Assembly: GCA_963845755.1 (NCBI GenBank)
Contig: CAWJTV010000033.1
Span: 128,001 to 192,000, forward strand
Length of the DNA: 64,000 nt
Direction: 5' to 3'
Source of the DNA: an uncultured Planctomycetota bacterium
GTDB lineage: Bacteria > Planctomycetota > Planctomycetia > Isosphaerales > Isosphaeraceae
Shown here: piece by piece, positions 18,301-31,255 of the stretch
Layout: each line of letters opens with the position of its first letter
Numbering within the stretch: position 1 is the first letter of the stretch
The notes under the pieces: model-generated
What the model was told of the DNA's origin: nothing
Seen by the model: only the letters and a program-made list of their open reading frames with translations
Databases searched by the model: none
Translations under genes and position numbers: made by a program

Positions 18301-21300
18301 GTCAAACGAATGGTATCGCGGGCAATCTGATCCGCGTCGATCAGCCCACCGTCAACCTGCTCCCCGGCTCCAACGAGGCGGCCATCGAGGGCTCGACGCT
18401 CCAGCCGGTCGTCACCCTGTACACCTACAATCAGTTCGGACAGAAGACGTCACAGACGGATGCCGAGGGGAACGTCACCGCTTACACCTATTATCCGGCG
18501 GATGACCCCGACGGGGACGGCGACGTTGACGTCCCGGGCGGCAATTCCACAACCGGCGGCTATCTCGCGACCGTAACGACGGATACGACCGCGCTGCCGG
18601 GGCGCGATTCCGGCACCAACCCCACTCCGGCCAACATCCTGAACGAGTACTTCTACGACGAGGTCGGAAACGTGATCGAGTCGGTCAACGGTCGGGGGAT
18701 CGCCACCGACTACGTGGTCAACCAACTGAACCAGGTCGTCGAGACCATCCGGGCCGACGCCCACAATGTCTTCACGCCCGGCGTGGCCGAGCCCCTCCCG
18801 CTCACCGACTTCCAGTACTTGACACGGTACTTCTACGATGCCAACAACAACGTCGTGCTGACCGAGGTCGAGGACCGTGGCAATACCTCGAATGTGCAAG
18901 GCAACCCGCCGGCTGCCGATCTGCCGATCCTGAGCGTCAACCTCGCCAGCGTCTCCACGGGGAGCAATGGCAGCACGACCCTGAACGACTCGACCCAGAA
19001 CTGGACGACCAACGAGTGGGCAGGCCAGGCGGTCCGGATCACCTCGGGTAAGGGCGTCGGCGAATTCGCCCTGATCGTCTCCAACACGTCCACCCAGCTC
19101 ACCTTGAGCACGTCCCGGACGACCGTCCCCAACACCACCTCGCACTACGCCATCTATCCCCTGATCAATCCCGATCCCATCGGCGGCTCGACGGCGTTCC
19201 AGGACACCGTCATCAAGTACGACATCCTGGACAACCCGATCGAGACCGTCCAGGAAGTCTCCAACGGCGCCAATCCCGAGTTCCTCGACACGCTGAACCG
19301 CTACGACCCCAACGGCAACGTGGTGCTGACGATCGAGCCGGAGGGGAACGCCACAGCCATGGTCTATGACGAGCGCAACCTCGTCTACCAGACGATCCAG
19401 GGAGCGACGGCACCTCCGCCGCTGGCGCTGCTGGCCGCATCCGACCCCCGCAATTACGACGTGCGCGGCGGCCTCCCCGCGACGACGACCGATGATTACG
19501 ACCCCAACGGCAACCTCATCCAGACGGTGGCGGCCGACGATACGGACGGCTCGCTGGCGAACAATCCCAGCTCTCCAGCGGGACATCCACGGGGGCCGAT
19601 ACCGCGACCACTCTCGTCGACACGAGTCAGAGCTGGATGCCCAGCCAGTGGCAGGGCCGCACCGTGCTGATCGTCAGCGGCACGGGGGCGGGTCAGTTGC
19701 GCACCATCGCCTCCAACTCGGCCCACCAGCTCACGGTGACCGCGGCCTGGACGACGATCCCCGACGCCACGTCGGTCTACGCCTTCCAGGGAGACCGCAC
19801 TCGCTACGTCTACGACGGCTTCGATCGCCTGACCAGCGTGATCGACGCCGTGGGCAATCAGACGGTCTATCAATACGACCCGGTGGGCGACATCGTGCGC
19901 ACCCTCCACTTCGGCCCGGTAGGCGGTCCCAGCCCCTCGTCCGATGGCCCGAACGTACTGCCGGGACCGGTCTCGTTGGATGGCGTGATCCAGACCGCGA
20001 ACCTGGTGAGTTTCAACTTGCTCTCGGCCTCGGAGAGCTCGTACGACGAGCTGGGCCGCGACTACCAGAATTCCCAGGTCCTGTTCGTGAACACCATCCC
20101 GACCGTCCGCCCGGCCGACGTGGCGGAGGGGGCCAGCGACATCGGCCTGGGAAGCCTTACGCCCGGCCAGACGCAGGCCATTCCGGGCATCAGCGGCATC
20201 ACCATCCTGGGCCGAGTTTCCGACCGGACCGAATACGATCGCAATTCGCGAGTTGCTTTCATGGTCCAGGACGACCTGGCGACCTCGCGCACGTTCTACG
20301 ATGGAGCCAGCCGGGCAATCAAGACCGTGGATCCCCAGGGGAACACGCTCGAGACGGCTTATGACGGCGACAGCAACGCGATCGAGACCCGCGAGACCGA
20401 CGTCTCCCAGGTGCCCGGCGTTGCCCCCGAGGTGTTCCTCACCACCAACTTCTACGACAGCCTGAATCGCCTCCAGGAGACCGTGGACAACCTGGGTGAG
20501 ACCACGTACTACCGGTACGATTCGCGCGGCAACCTCGTGGCCATGGCCGACGCCTCCGGGCCGGCCGGCCCTGCGATCACGCGCCGCGACTTTCCCGAAC
20601 GGTCCCCGCACCGTCAACGTCACGAATCTATTCGGCAACGTGACACTCTATTTCTACGACGGCATCGATCGCCAGACGATGCAAGAGCAGATCCTGACCG
20701 CCTCGGGCAAGGGTGACGGCGTACACATCGGGGCATCGATCTTCGGCGTCAAGGACGACCCATCCGCACCCGAATCCTTCCCGCCGACCCCCGACCTCTC
20801 CCAGGGAGGCGGCGACGGAATCATCCGCACCGGCACGATCTGGGACAAGAACTCGCTGCAATCCGCACTCATCGACGACGACGGCAATGTCACCGTGTAC
20901 CTATATGACAACCTCGATCGGCAGGTCGCTGAGACCACCGGCCTGACGGTCAATTCCTCGCTCACCAGGCCCGCGATCATGGGTTCCGAGGTGATCCCGA
21001 CACCCACCGCGGCCACGATCAACAATCCGGCCGTGATCGCGGCGGCCAAGATCAACACGCAGTTGGGCGAAGTCCAGGCGAGGCTGACCGCCGTGGCCGC
21101 ATTGTTCCCACCGCTGGCGAGCACGATCGATCCGCCGACCACGTCGATCACCGACTACGACCCGCGTGGCAACGTCTTGATCCATGAAGATCAGAATGGA
21201 TCGGAGATTTTCACGCGATACGACGCGGTTAACCGCTCGATCGCGGTCCGCGTCTTCCGCACCGGCCAGCACGACTCGTTCACCGGCGACCCGATCTTCG

Positions 21301-23618
21301 CCCCGGCCCCGGTCAGCATCATCACGAATAACGGGAAGAATACGACCGTCGTCGTCGGGACCACCAAGCAGAACTTCCAGTACGACGGCCTCTCGCGGGT
21401 GACTCTGGCCACCGACAACAACGACCCGACCAACCCCAATGATGACTCGACGGTGACCGACGCCTACGACAGCCTGGGGCGGGTCATCGAGGAAAGCCAG
21501 CAAATCGGCACGCAACCGGCCCAGGCCATCGACTCGGCCTGGAGAGATGATGATCTGCGTAGCAGCCTGACCTACCCCAATGGCCGCGTTGAGGTCTACA
21601 CCTACGACACGCTCAACCGGCTCAAGACAGTCTCCGACCAGGGAGCCACGCGGCCGATCGCCGTCTATCAGTACATCGGGCCAAACCGCGTCCTGGAACG
21701 GTCCTATCCCCAGGACGGCACGATCGAGACCTTCCTCGATGATTCCGGGACGGTCAACATCGGCTACGACGGCATGGCCCGCCCGATCGAGGAGCGCGAC
21801 CTGGAGGCCAACGGCTCCTTGATCGTCGGCTTCACGTACACCTACGACCGTATGGGTAACAAGCTGACCGAAGGGAAGCTGCACGACCCGGCGAACAGCG
21901 AAACCTACACGTACGACTCCGCCTTTCGCCTGATCACCTTCCAGCGCACCCGGGCGGCATCGCTCCCTTGCAAAGCACCTGGACGCTGGACGGCGTGGGC
22001 AACTGGCTCCAGGTCAACGGACAGTCGCAGCAGTTCTCCTCGACCAACGAACTCCTCCAAGGCGCCCAGCGGCAGGCGGCCCCGCGACGATCCTCTACGA
22101 CAACAACGGCAATGAAACCGACGACGGCACGTATTTGTACACATACGACGCCGAGAACCGGCTGCGTACCGTCACGCTCAGGTCGAGCGGCGAGCTCATC
22201 GCCGTCTACTCGTACGATGCCCTGGGGCGGCACATCGAAAAGGATGTGACCAACTCCGGCAGTCAGAACGGCACGACCGATTTCTACTACGACGGCTGGC
22301 GGGACATCGAGGAGCACGACGGTGCCGGCGTCCTCACTCAACAATATGTCTTCGGCAACTACATCGACGAGCCTTTGGTGATGGACCGCAACCTGGATGG
22401 AGACAGCACGGCGACCGGACCCGGCGACCGGCGCATCTTTTACAACCAGGACGCGCTCTATTCCGTCTACGCCTTGACCGATGCCGCGGGCAAGATTGTC
22501 GAAGGCTACATGTACGACGCCTACGGCCGCCAGACGGTCTACACCCCGGCGCTAGCGGCGTCGTAACATTCGGCACCTCCGACGTCATCACGCCGGGCGG
22601 CCTGAGCGCCCTTGCCAACCCGTTCATGTTCACGGGAATGAGGCTCGACGCGGAAACCGAGCTTTATTACGACCGTGCCCGCTTCCTCGACCCGATCACG
22701 GGGCGGTTCATCGGCCGCGACCCCGAGGGGTACGTCAACGGCATGAGCCTGTACGCCGAGTATTTCTCCCCCAACGCCGTGGATCCCTACGGGCTCTGGA
22801 GTTGGCGTGGCTTCTTTAGTGGGGTTGCCAATGTCGTTGCTGAGCCATTTCGCGCCGCTGCCGACGTCGTGACTGTGGTTGGAGCTAAGGCGATGGGCAT
22901 CGATCGGGAGGATGTAAGCTTATCGAGTATGAGTGCCCAGGCCACGGTTGCCCGACTAGATGAAGGGCAAAGCGGCATCGTGGCAACAGCGAAGGGAGTC
23001 GGTGAACTCGCTGCCAACGTTGGCACAGGTGGTGGATACGGAGTTGTAAAAGGCAATATCGAGGCCTATAACGCATATCAATCGGGTCAGATTTCTTTCG
23101 AACAGTATGACTACGCTTTGAGCGAGATTGCTGGAGGCGCTGCGGCTGGTGTTGCGATCGCGAAGGCCGTTGCACTGACCGTGAAGCCTGGCAGTGCTCC
23201 GCAGCCTGGAGCCACAACTGTATATACGTCTACTGATTCTTCTGGCGTCGTCCAGTATGTTGGAATAACCGACGACTTGGTCGCCCGCGCAGCAAACCAC
23301 ATGAGCCAGAAAGGCATCGAGATAGATCCTATTCCAGGACTATCGGATATCGCGCGTGCCGATGCGCGCACGATCGAGCAAGTGCTTATCGAAAACTACG
23401 GCCTGGGGAAAAATGGCGGGACACTGCTAAATAAGATCAACAGCATAGCTGAATCCAACCCAATCTATGCCGATGCCATCGAGCGAGGCAGTGACTTCTT
23501 GGCCTGGGCCCGTTATGATGGTTTTAGCCAGGGCAATCCATCGATCTTGACAGCGATTTTAATGCTCATGAGTCAAAATATTTATTTCAATTCAACGGCT
23601 AACCCTTGTCCGAGGTGA
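15301..23618 (+). CDS. Giant RHS/YD-repeat polymorphic toxin (about 2,750 aa when reassembled across about 10 frameshifts)
   Basis: AAGGAG RBS and ATG at 15301; RKRLHLFVDRLED export-like motif; GRGIDWTFERTYRS...GPLGHNWDFNY (DUF6531-like); many YD repeats in ORFs 16705, 17429, 17775, 19637, 20496, 21968 and 22135; core FTGMRLDAETELYYDRARFLDPITGRFIGRDP...VDPYGL; variable C-terminal tip. Confidence 0.9.
23210..23525 (+). other. C-terminal toxin domain of the RHS protein: GIY-YIG/URI-fold nuclease-like (Tox-URI2-like)
   Basis: TVYTS...QYVGITDDLVARAANH...ARTIEQVLI...LLNKINSI gives the Y..YVG.T...R...H...E...N pattern of URI/GIY-YIG nucleases. Confidence 0.7.
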
Positions 23619-23625
23619 ACCGACC

Positions 23626-24094
23626 ATGGCTGATGACAAGGTTCAGTTGGGATCGCTTCTCGAAGTCCCAGTGTCTAATGGGTTCCGCTACGCTCTCTAT
23701 ACGCACGAACATAAAAAGATGGGGTCGTTGGTCCGTGCGTTCGAAACGCGCTGTGCCCGTTCGTCCAGAAGACTATACCGACATAATGTCGAGTCGGGTC
23801 CTGTTCGTATGCTTCATTCCTCTCAAGGCCATCATTCGCCAGAGCATCCTGTCTGTGGCTGCCGTCGTGCCTGTCCCAACTGCTTTTCAACAGTTCCCCA
23901 TTTTTCGGGCGGGCGTCAGCGATCCCGTTACTAAGAAGGTGCGTGATTGGTGGCTTTGGGATGGCAACAAGGAGTGGATGGTCGGGAAACTCAACGCTGA
24001 ACAGCGGGCCTATCCGATTCGTGGAATCTGGAACGACACGCTCTTTAAGGAACGCATGAACAGTAGTTGGACGGTTGAACAAGACCCCAGGTAA
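23626..24094 (+). CDS. Putative immunity protein (Imm26-like), frameshifted near 23755
   Basis: Starts 7 nt after the toxin stop. MADDKVQLGSLLEVPVSNGFRYALYTH joins ...FPIFRAG...WWLWDGNKEWMVGKL...YPIRGIWNDTLFKER. Low GC like the toxin tip. Confidence 0.75.
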
Positions 24095-24244
24095 AACAGA
24101 AAAAAGGGACACAGAAAAACGGGGACATAGCATTTGGGAGGTCGGGGGCATAGCGTCAGGTAAGCTCGAGAAAGGAGGAAGAAACTCGAACTCGGAAACC
24201 TTTCATCGCAACCATGCGGGTGAACGAATCCCGCCCGGCACAGC

Positions 24245-24369
24245 CTAAGCAACTCCGCAGAATTGATTTGACATCGCCGCGCTTTTCGAAATGGCGTCCG
24301 CCTGAAATACAGCCAGTTTTCCGCGAGATCGTGGGACCCTTGTCAAGTTATTTCTGCGGAGTTGCTTAG
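24245..24369. mobile_element. MITE-like element (125 bp) with terminal inverted repeats
   Basis: ctaagcaactccgcagaa (24245-24262) is the exact reverse complement of ttctgcggagttgcttag (24352-24369), with further ttgaca/tgtcaa pairing inside. No ORF. Confidence 0.7.
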
Positions 24370-24386
24370 CGAGCAGCCGCGGGGAC

Positions 24387-24434
24387 TCGGGCCGGGTCGC
24401 TCCAGGGAGCAATCCCTGGAGCGACCCGGCCCGA
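24387..24434. repeat. Perfect 22-bp hairpin with GCAA tetraloop
   Basis: tcgggccgggtcgctccaggga-gcaa-tccctggagcgacccggcccga, followed by three copies of cccgacggcccc up to about 24478. Confidence 0.85.
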
Positions 24435-24480
24435 CGGCCCCTGACCCCGACGGCCCCTGGTCTGACCCCGACGGCCCCCG

Positions 24481-24608
24481 GCCAGCACCTCCAGGACGAC
24501 CTTCGCCTTGAACTCTGGTGTGAATCGCCGCCGCTTCCTCATCCCAATACTCCTCCTCGGGGTCTCAACCCCCATTATGCACTGGTCTGAATTCTGGGGC
24601 GCACTTCA
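24481..24608 (-). mobile_element. IS3-family remnant: left end and first ~22 codons of OrfA
   Basis: The end starts TGAAGTGCGCCCC...; GAGGAG RBS; ATG at 24542 gives MRKRRRFTPEFKAKVVLEVLAG (HTH_Tnp_1 start), then it is truncated by short repeats. Confidence 0.8.
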
Positions 24609-24818
24609 ATTCGCGTCGACCTCCGTAGAATCTCTCCGCCGTGCGCGCATGTCATGGGAAGGGAAGCGTCTCACGTGGAGGGGCGGAGAACGCGGAGTCG
24701 GACCAAGACGGCCGAGAATCGGATCCGGGTGGTTGAGCGGCTTGTCCACGTCCTCCGCGTCTCCGCGTGAGATTTCAGGGCGTCCTCGCGAAGAATCCGG
24801 TTGGGGACGATGGACCGG

Positions 24819-25535
24819 CTAACGCGGAGGAAGGTCATCGATCGGGCGAGCCGCGGCGCGAGCTGCCCGGATGAACGCGCCGACCGCGGCGGCGTCCTTC
24901 CGGCCCGGCGACCACTCGACCCCGCTGGCGACGTTGACCATCCAGGGTCGGAACCGGGCCACACGCTCGGCGACATTGCCAGGGGTCAGGCCGCCAGCCA
25001 GGATCAGTCGGGGTAGGGGGGGGATGCGATCCAGGATGGTCTCGGCGATCAGGGCACCGGTCCCGCCCGGTTGGCCGGCGACAAAGGCATCCACCAGGAC
25101 CGCATCCGGCGGCCGGCCCAGTGCGGCGGCCCGCGCCAGATACCCGGAGACGCCATCCCAGTCCGACGCGGACTTCAGGCGAAAGGCACGAATCACGCGG
25201 AGATGCTCGAGTACGACGAGATCCTCGGGCGGTTCTCGACCGTGCAACTGAACAATCCCCAGACCGAGATGTTCGGCCAACACCGCCACTTCGGCGGCCG
25301 GCCGGTCTACAAATACGCCGGCTACGGCGACGGAGTCCGGGAGTGCGGCGATAATGTCCGCTGCGACTTCGGGCGTGACATATCGCACCGATGGCGGATG
25401 GAAATTCAGGCCGATCCAGTCGGCACCGGCCTCCGCGCAGGCGACGGCGTCTTCGACACACGTCAACCCACAGATCTTGACAAGAACCGTGGACTCCGAC
25501 ACTCGAAGGTTCTTTCGAGATTCAAAGTCGAACAA
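24819..25535 (-). CDS. trpF: Phosphoribosylanthranilate isomerase
   Basis: VKICGLT, GVFVD, VQLHGREP, LVDA...GGTG, LILAGGLTPGNV and VNVASGVE; exact start uncertain. Confidence 0.93.
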   Translation of the reverse strand: MFDFESRKNLRVSESTVLVKICGLTCVEDAVACAEAGADWIGLNFHPPSVRYVTPEVAADIIAALPDSVAVAGVFVDRPAAEVAVLAEHLGLGIVQLHGREPPEDLVVLEHLRVIRAFRLKSASDWDGVSGYLARAAALGRPPDAVLVDAFVAGQPGGTGALIAETILDRIPPLPRLILAGGLTPGNVAERVARFRPWMVNVASGVEWSPGRKDAAAVGAFIRAARAAARPIDDLPPR

Positions 25536-25575
25536 GGGAGAGCAACCGTCGTCCGTTCGAGAGGAATCTCTCGGG

Positions 25576-25908
25576 TCACGACACTCCGAGCTTGTCCAGT
25601 GAGGCCTTGAACTTTGTCTCGGGATTCACGCCGACCAGCCGGTCAACCTCTTGGCCTTGATGGAAGACCAGCACGGTCGGGATCGCCGAGATCCGCAGGC
25701 TGCCCGGCGTATCCATATTCTCGTCGGTGTTCATCTTGCCGACCTTGACCTTCCCGTCGTACTCACCCGCCAGCTTCTCGATCGTCGGGGCGAGCATTCG
25801 GCAAGGGGTGCACCATGGTGCCCAGAAGTCAACAACCACCGGGATCGGCGAATCCAGTACTTCCGACTTCCAGTTGCCGTCGGTAAATTCCTTCACGCTA
25901 CCGGCCAT
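25576..25908 (-). CDS. trxA: Thioredoxin
   Basis: VVVDFWAPWCTPCRMLAP and SAIPTV. Confidence 0.93.
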   Translation of the reverse strand: MAGSVKEFTDGNWKSEVLDSPIPVVVDFWAPWCTPCRMLAPTIEKLAGEYDGKVKVGKMNTDENMDTPGSLRISAIPTVLVFHQGQEVDRLVGVNPETKFKASLDKLGVS

Positions 25909-25995
25909 GGTCGATGCCTCGCGGTGCTGCGAAAGTCCAAAATCCGTCAAAACTTAACGCGTTTGAAGGTCGTTCATGACGACCGATTCTCCAGG

Positions 25996-26023
25996 ATTAT
26001 AAAGGACGCCCGTTCCGAGTCAA
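25996..26023 (-). promoter_or_regulatory. Sigma70-like promoter for trxA-trpF
   Basis: Minus strand TTGACT-N16-TATAAT. Confidence 0.55.
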
Positions 26024-26048
26024 CTTCTCCCCGGACATTGACCAATGG

Positions 26049-26779
26049 CTACTTGCGTCGGGTATTGGCGACTTCCGTCTCGGCGAGGTACAGCAGGCGG
26101 CCGCAACTGAGGCAGAAACACAGCGAATGGCGATTGATCAGATCGTTCATCATCTGAGCAGTGACGGCCGTGTAACAGCCGTGACAGGATCCATCCTCGC
26201 ACGCAGCCAGAGCGTCCGCCCCATACCGACCGACGATCCGGCGGTAGGTCACGCGGGAATCTTCCGGGATCGCCGTCTCGGCGTTGGTGATCGCCGTCTC
26301 CAGTTCGCGAAGCTGGTCCTTCTGGGCGAGAGCCTGATCCTCGATCTGTTTCTGGAAGGTCGCGATCTCGCCGGCAAAACGCTTGACGTCAGCCTCGAGC
26401 TTGGCGAGCTCGCTGGTCTTGGTTTCGATCGCCTCGAGCGCCAGCAGGATGTCCTCTTCCAGCTTGGACTTGGTCGCGTTGTCGTGGGCAATCTGATTCT
26501 GGAGGGCCTTGTACTCCTCGTTCTTCTTGACCTGATTGAGCTTGATTTTCAAGTCATCAATCTTGGCCTCGACGCCCTGAAGCGAGTGCTCGTGTTTCTT
26601 GAGCACCACCTTGGCATCCTGGAGCGCCTTGCGAAAGGCGTCCGTCTCCGCCTGCCGGGCGAGCAGAGCCGTCTGGCGGGCGGCCAGAGTCTTGGGACCG
26701 GAGGTCAGTCGGTCGCGCAGCGCCGTGCGCGCTGATGCAAGAGATGGAGGTCGCGTAGGTTCTCGGCGGTCGCGGGCAT
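26049..26779 (-). CDS. Coiled-coil / C4 zinc-ribbon protein (zf-RING_7, CT398-like), frameshifted near 26730
   Basis: ATG at 26779 after a GGAG-like RBS; long coiled coil; CHGC...CLSCGRLLY; typical position downstream of rpoD. Confidence 0.88.
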
Positions 26780-26971
26780 CAGTCGGCGCTCCTTCCTCCG
26801 ATAGGGGTAATGGCGAGGAGTCTCGGCCTGCGGGTGATCGCCTGGGTCCCTTTCCTCCTCGTTAACGGCCTCTGGCCCCACGGCGATTCGGAGTTCCTGG
26901 CGACCGATTCCCCGGGGAAAACCGGGGCGAGGCCGTCGGATACTCCGGGGCCATTGATAAGTTGACGGGCC

Positions 26972-27007
26972 AAAAAAACCCCCGGACGCCTGGGGCGGCC
27001 GGGGGTT
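26972..27007 (-). terminator. Rho-independent terminator after rpoD
   Basis: Minus strand aacccccgg...ccgggggtt stem followed by a 7-nt U tract. Confidence 0.8.
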
Positions 27008-27017
27008 GGCTGGGAGG

Positions 27018-28674
<1,657 letters not shown>

Positions 28675-28691
<17 letters not shown>

Positions 28692-30620
28692 CCAAAATCC
28701 TCCCACTCGCACGAGACGACGGATCGGGTCGCTTCAGGTTTTTCGGACTCAGCCGCTGATTGTAGAGACGTCGATATTCTAATTCTATGGCACGATAGGC
28801 GTCCGGGTCGGACGCCGGATCGGTTTGATCGAGGATCCGTTTCAGGTCCTTGACCCGGGCGCGCCGCTCGCGTTCCGCCAGGACGATGAGCATCGGCTCG
28901 AGCCGCTCGCCCCAGGGAGCCGGCCGCACGCCGACGGACAGGGGCGCCGCCTCGGGCATTCTCAAGGCCGACATCGCGATCAGGTCGGTCGCCAGGGCGC
29001 GGATCGCCGGGTCTTCCAGGCGGACCATGAGGTTCTCGTAACTGGGGGCCTTTCCCTCGGTGTGGAGGTCGTAGCAAGCCTGGAGGATCACCTGCAAGGG
29101 GGGATCACTGAGGGTCGCCAGCGAGACTCGAGGGACCACCAAGGTGATGGCGCTCGGCTCACTCAACACGATACGGATCAGCTCCAAATCGGTCTGGTCG
29201 AGTTCCGAAGGGCGGATCGGTGCCGACTCGGGAGGCGACGCCGTGCCGGTGGCGACGACGACCGGTCGGCCGGGGGCGGCCGGTGCTTCAACTGCCGGCG
29301 GAGCCGATTCAGCGTATCCAAGGGGACGCGGAGCCGCTGCGACAAGGTATCCAGGACCTTGGCCAGCTTGACCTCGAGCCCCAGCCGGTGTGCCTGCGGC
29401 ACGCTGTTCACGATCCCTACCACCCATTCGGCGGCGAGGCGAGATCCCTCGCTCGAGTCGAGGTCGAACCGCTTCGCGGCCCGGTCCAGCACGTAGGCGA
29501 GGGGATCCGGTGCCCGCTCGACCAGGCCGCGGAAGGCGCCGGCCCCCTCTTTCAAAAGGAAATCGCACGGGTCCAGCTTCGCCGGGAGCGTGAGTACCCG
29601 CAGGTCCAGTTCATGGCCCAGGAACAGCTCCAGCGAGCGGTCCGCCGCCGCTTGCCCGGCCTCATCACCGTCGAAGACCAGGACGACCCGATCGGCCAGC
29701 CGGCGCAGGCCGGAGAGGTGGTCCTCTCCCAGCGCCGTCCCGAGCGTGCCGACCACATTGGACAGCCCGACCTGGTGCGCGGCAATAACGTCCGTATATC
29801 CCTCGACGACCGCCACCCAGCCCGCCTGACGGGAGGCTCCCCGCGCCAGGTCCGCCGCGTAGAGCAGCGTCCGCTTGTGAAACAGCGCCGTCTCGGGTGT
29901 ATTCAAATACTTGGCAACGTGCCGGCCCTGGGCCTCGATGGCGCGCTCAGCCTCCGGGAGGATGCGACCGCCGAACCCGACGGTTCGCCCGCGGTCATCG
30001 TGGATCGGGAACATCAATCGACCCCGGAACCGCTCGCGCAACGGGCCCGCCACCTCGCCGCCGCGGCCGGCGAGCCCGGCCTGCTCCAGAGCCTCCATGC
30101 TGAGACCGCGCCGACGCGCCAGGCCCAACAGCCAACCGCGGGCCGTCGGCGCATAACCCAGGCGAAACTGCTCGACGCTCGCTGGTGTCAGGCCGCGTCC
30201 CTCCGCGTATTTCCGGGCCTCGGCCGATTCATCGAGGGCCCGCGCAAAGACCTCCTCGGCCCAGGCGTTGACCTCGAAGAGCTCGGTCTTCGAAGGCCCC
30301 CGAGACGTCGCGACGGCCGACGGCTGCTTCTCCAGCACGATCCCCGCCCGATCCGCCAACATGCGCAACGCCTCTGTAAAATCAACGCGTTCGTGATTCT
30401 TAACAAAATCAAAGATGTCCCCGCCGGCCCCGCAACTCCAGCATTTATAGGACTGGCGCTCCGGGTTGACTTCGAGGGACGGATTGTGGTCCTGATGGAA
30501 CGGGCACAACCCCTTGTACTTGCTTCCCACACGGCGCAAAGTAATGGACTCGCCCACCAAGGCGACAATATCAACTGCGCTTTTTATAGCGGTTAGCAAC
30601 GTTTCGGGATGGCGGGGCAC
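28675..30620 (-). CDS. dnaG: DNA primase, frameshifted near 29290; 3' end approximate
   Basis: CPFH...CWSC zinc finger, [25 protein letters not shown] and FDGDEAG TOPRIM. The C-terminal domain is in the 28675..29568 frame. Confidence 0.95.
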
Positions 30621-30752
30621 CGGGAACTCCTGATTGAGAGGGCTCAGGCCCGGATCCTTGGTCCGCGGCCCTCCGAGAGCCGAACTGGTCGGTCCGTACT
30701 CATCAGAAGACCGCTCACCGTGCCCTGTTCGTTCTGGGCGGCTTCTACCCGA

Positions 30753-30780
30753 ATTATAACCCTTCCGGATTTAGGGTCAA
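30753..30780 (-). promoter_or_regulatory. Sigma70-like promoter for dnaG-rpoD
   Basis: Minus strand TTGACC-N16-TATAAT. Confidence 0.55.
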
Positions 30781-31255
30781 GTTTTCCCGACACCGCGCCG
30801 ACGCCTCAGCGATCTTTCTAACACGGCATGCTTTTAGCGTTTAGGAAATGACGGCCGGTTGGGCGGCTGCGTCCGCCTCCATGACCGCGACGCCACCCGG
30901 GCTTCTCATACGACGCGCCTCCCATCCGTCAGGCGACCTGGCGTCTTATCTATTTCCTCACAATCGGGAAGATCCTATCTCGCGAACCAGGTGTCCAAGT
31001 CAAGTCAAGACGCCGATCTTGCTGGAATATTCTTCATGCCCTCATGACGTTGGGGAGGGCCGCATCGGGCCGATGATTCTGCCAGGAGAATGCAAGGACG
31101 ACGCCAATGGTTCACGGCCTCTGGGCCCAAGCGGGATGGCTTCCTTGCGTTGGCCGGCAGGGCATGATTCCCGCCAACATGGTCGGCGGGGTAGCCGTGA
31201 AAGGCTCAATTCCGATGACGAAGCGACGGTGACACGGCGACGAGCGGCGTGGGTC

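Noticed and set aside
15301..23618. RHS region as a cluster of separate genes or programmed frameshifts
   Set aside because: The fragments join seamlessly as YD repeats without their own RBS, and indels occur throughout the window.
30800..31250. Possible ncRNA or small ORF between dnaG and htrA
   Set aside because: No recognisable RNA family, convincing long stem or credible ORF.
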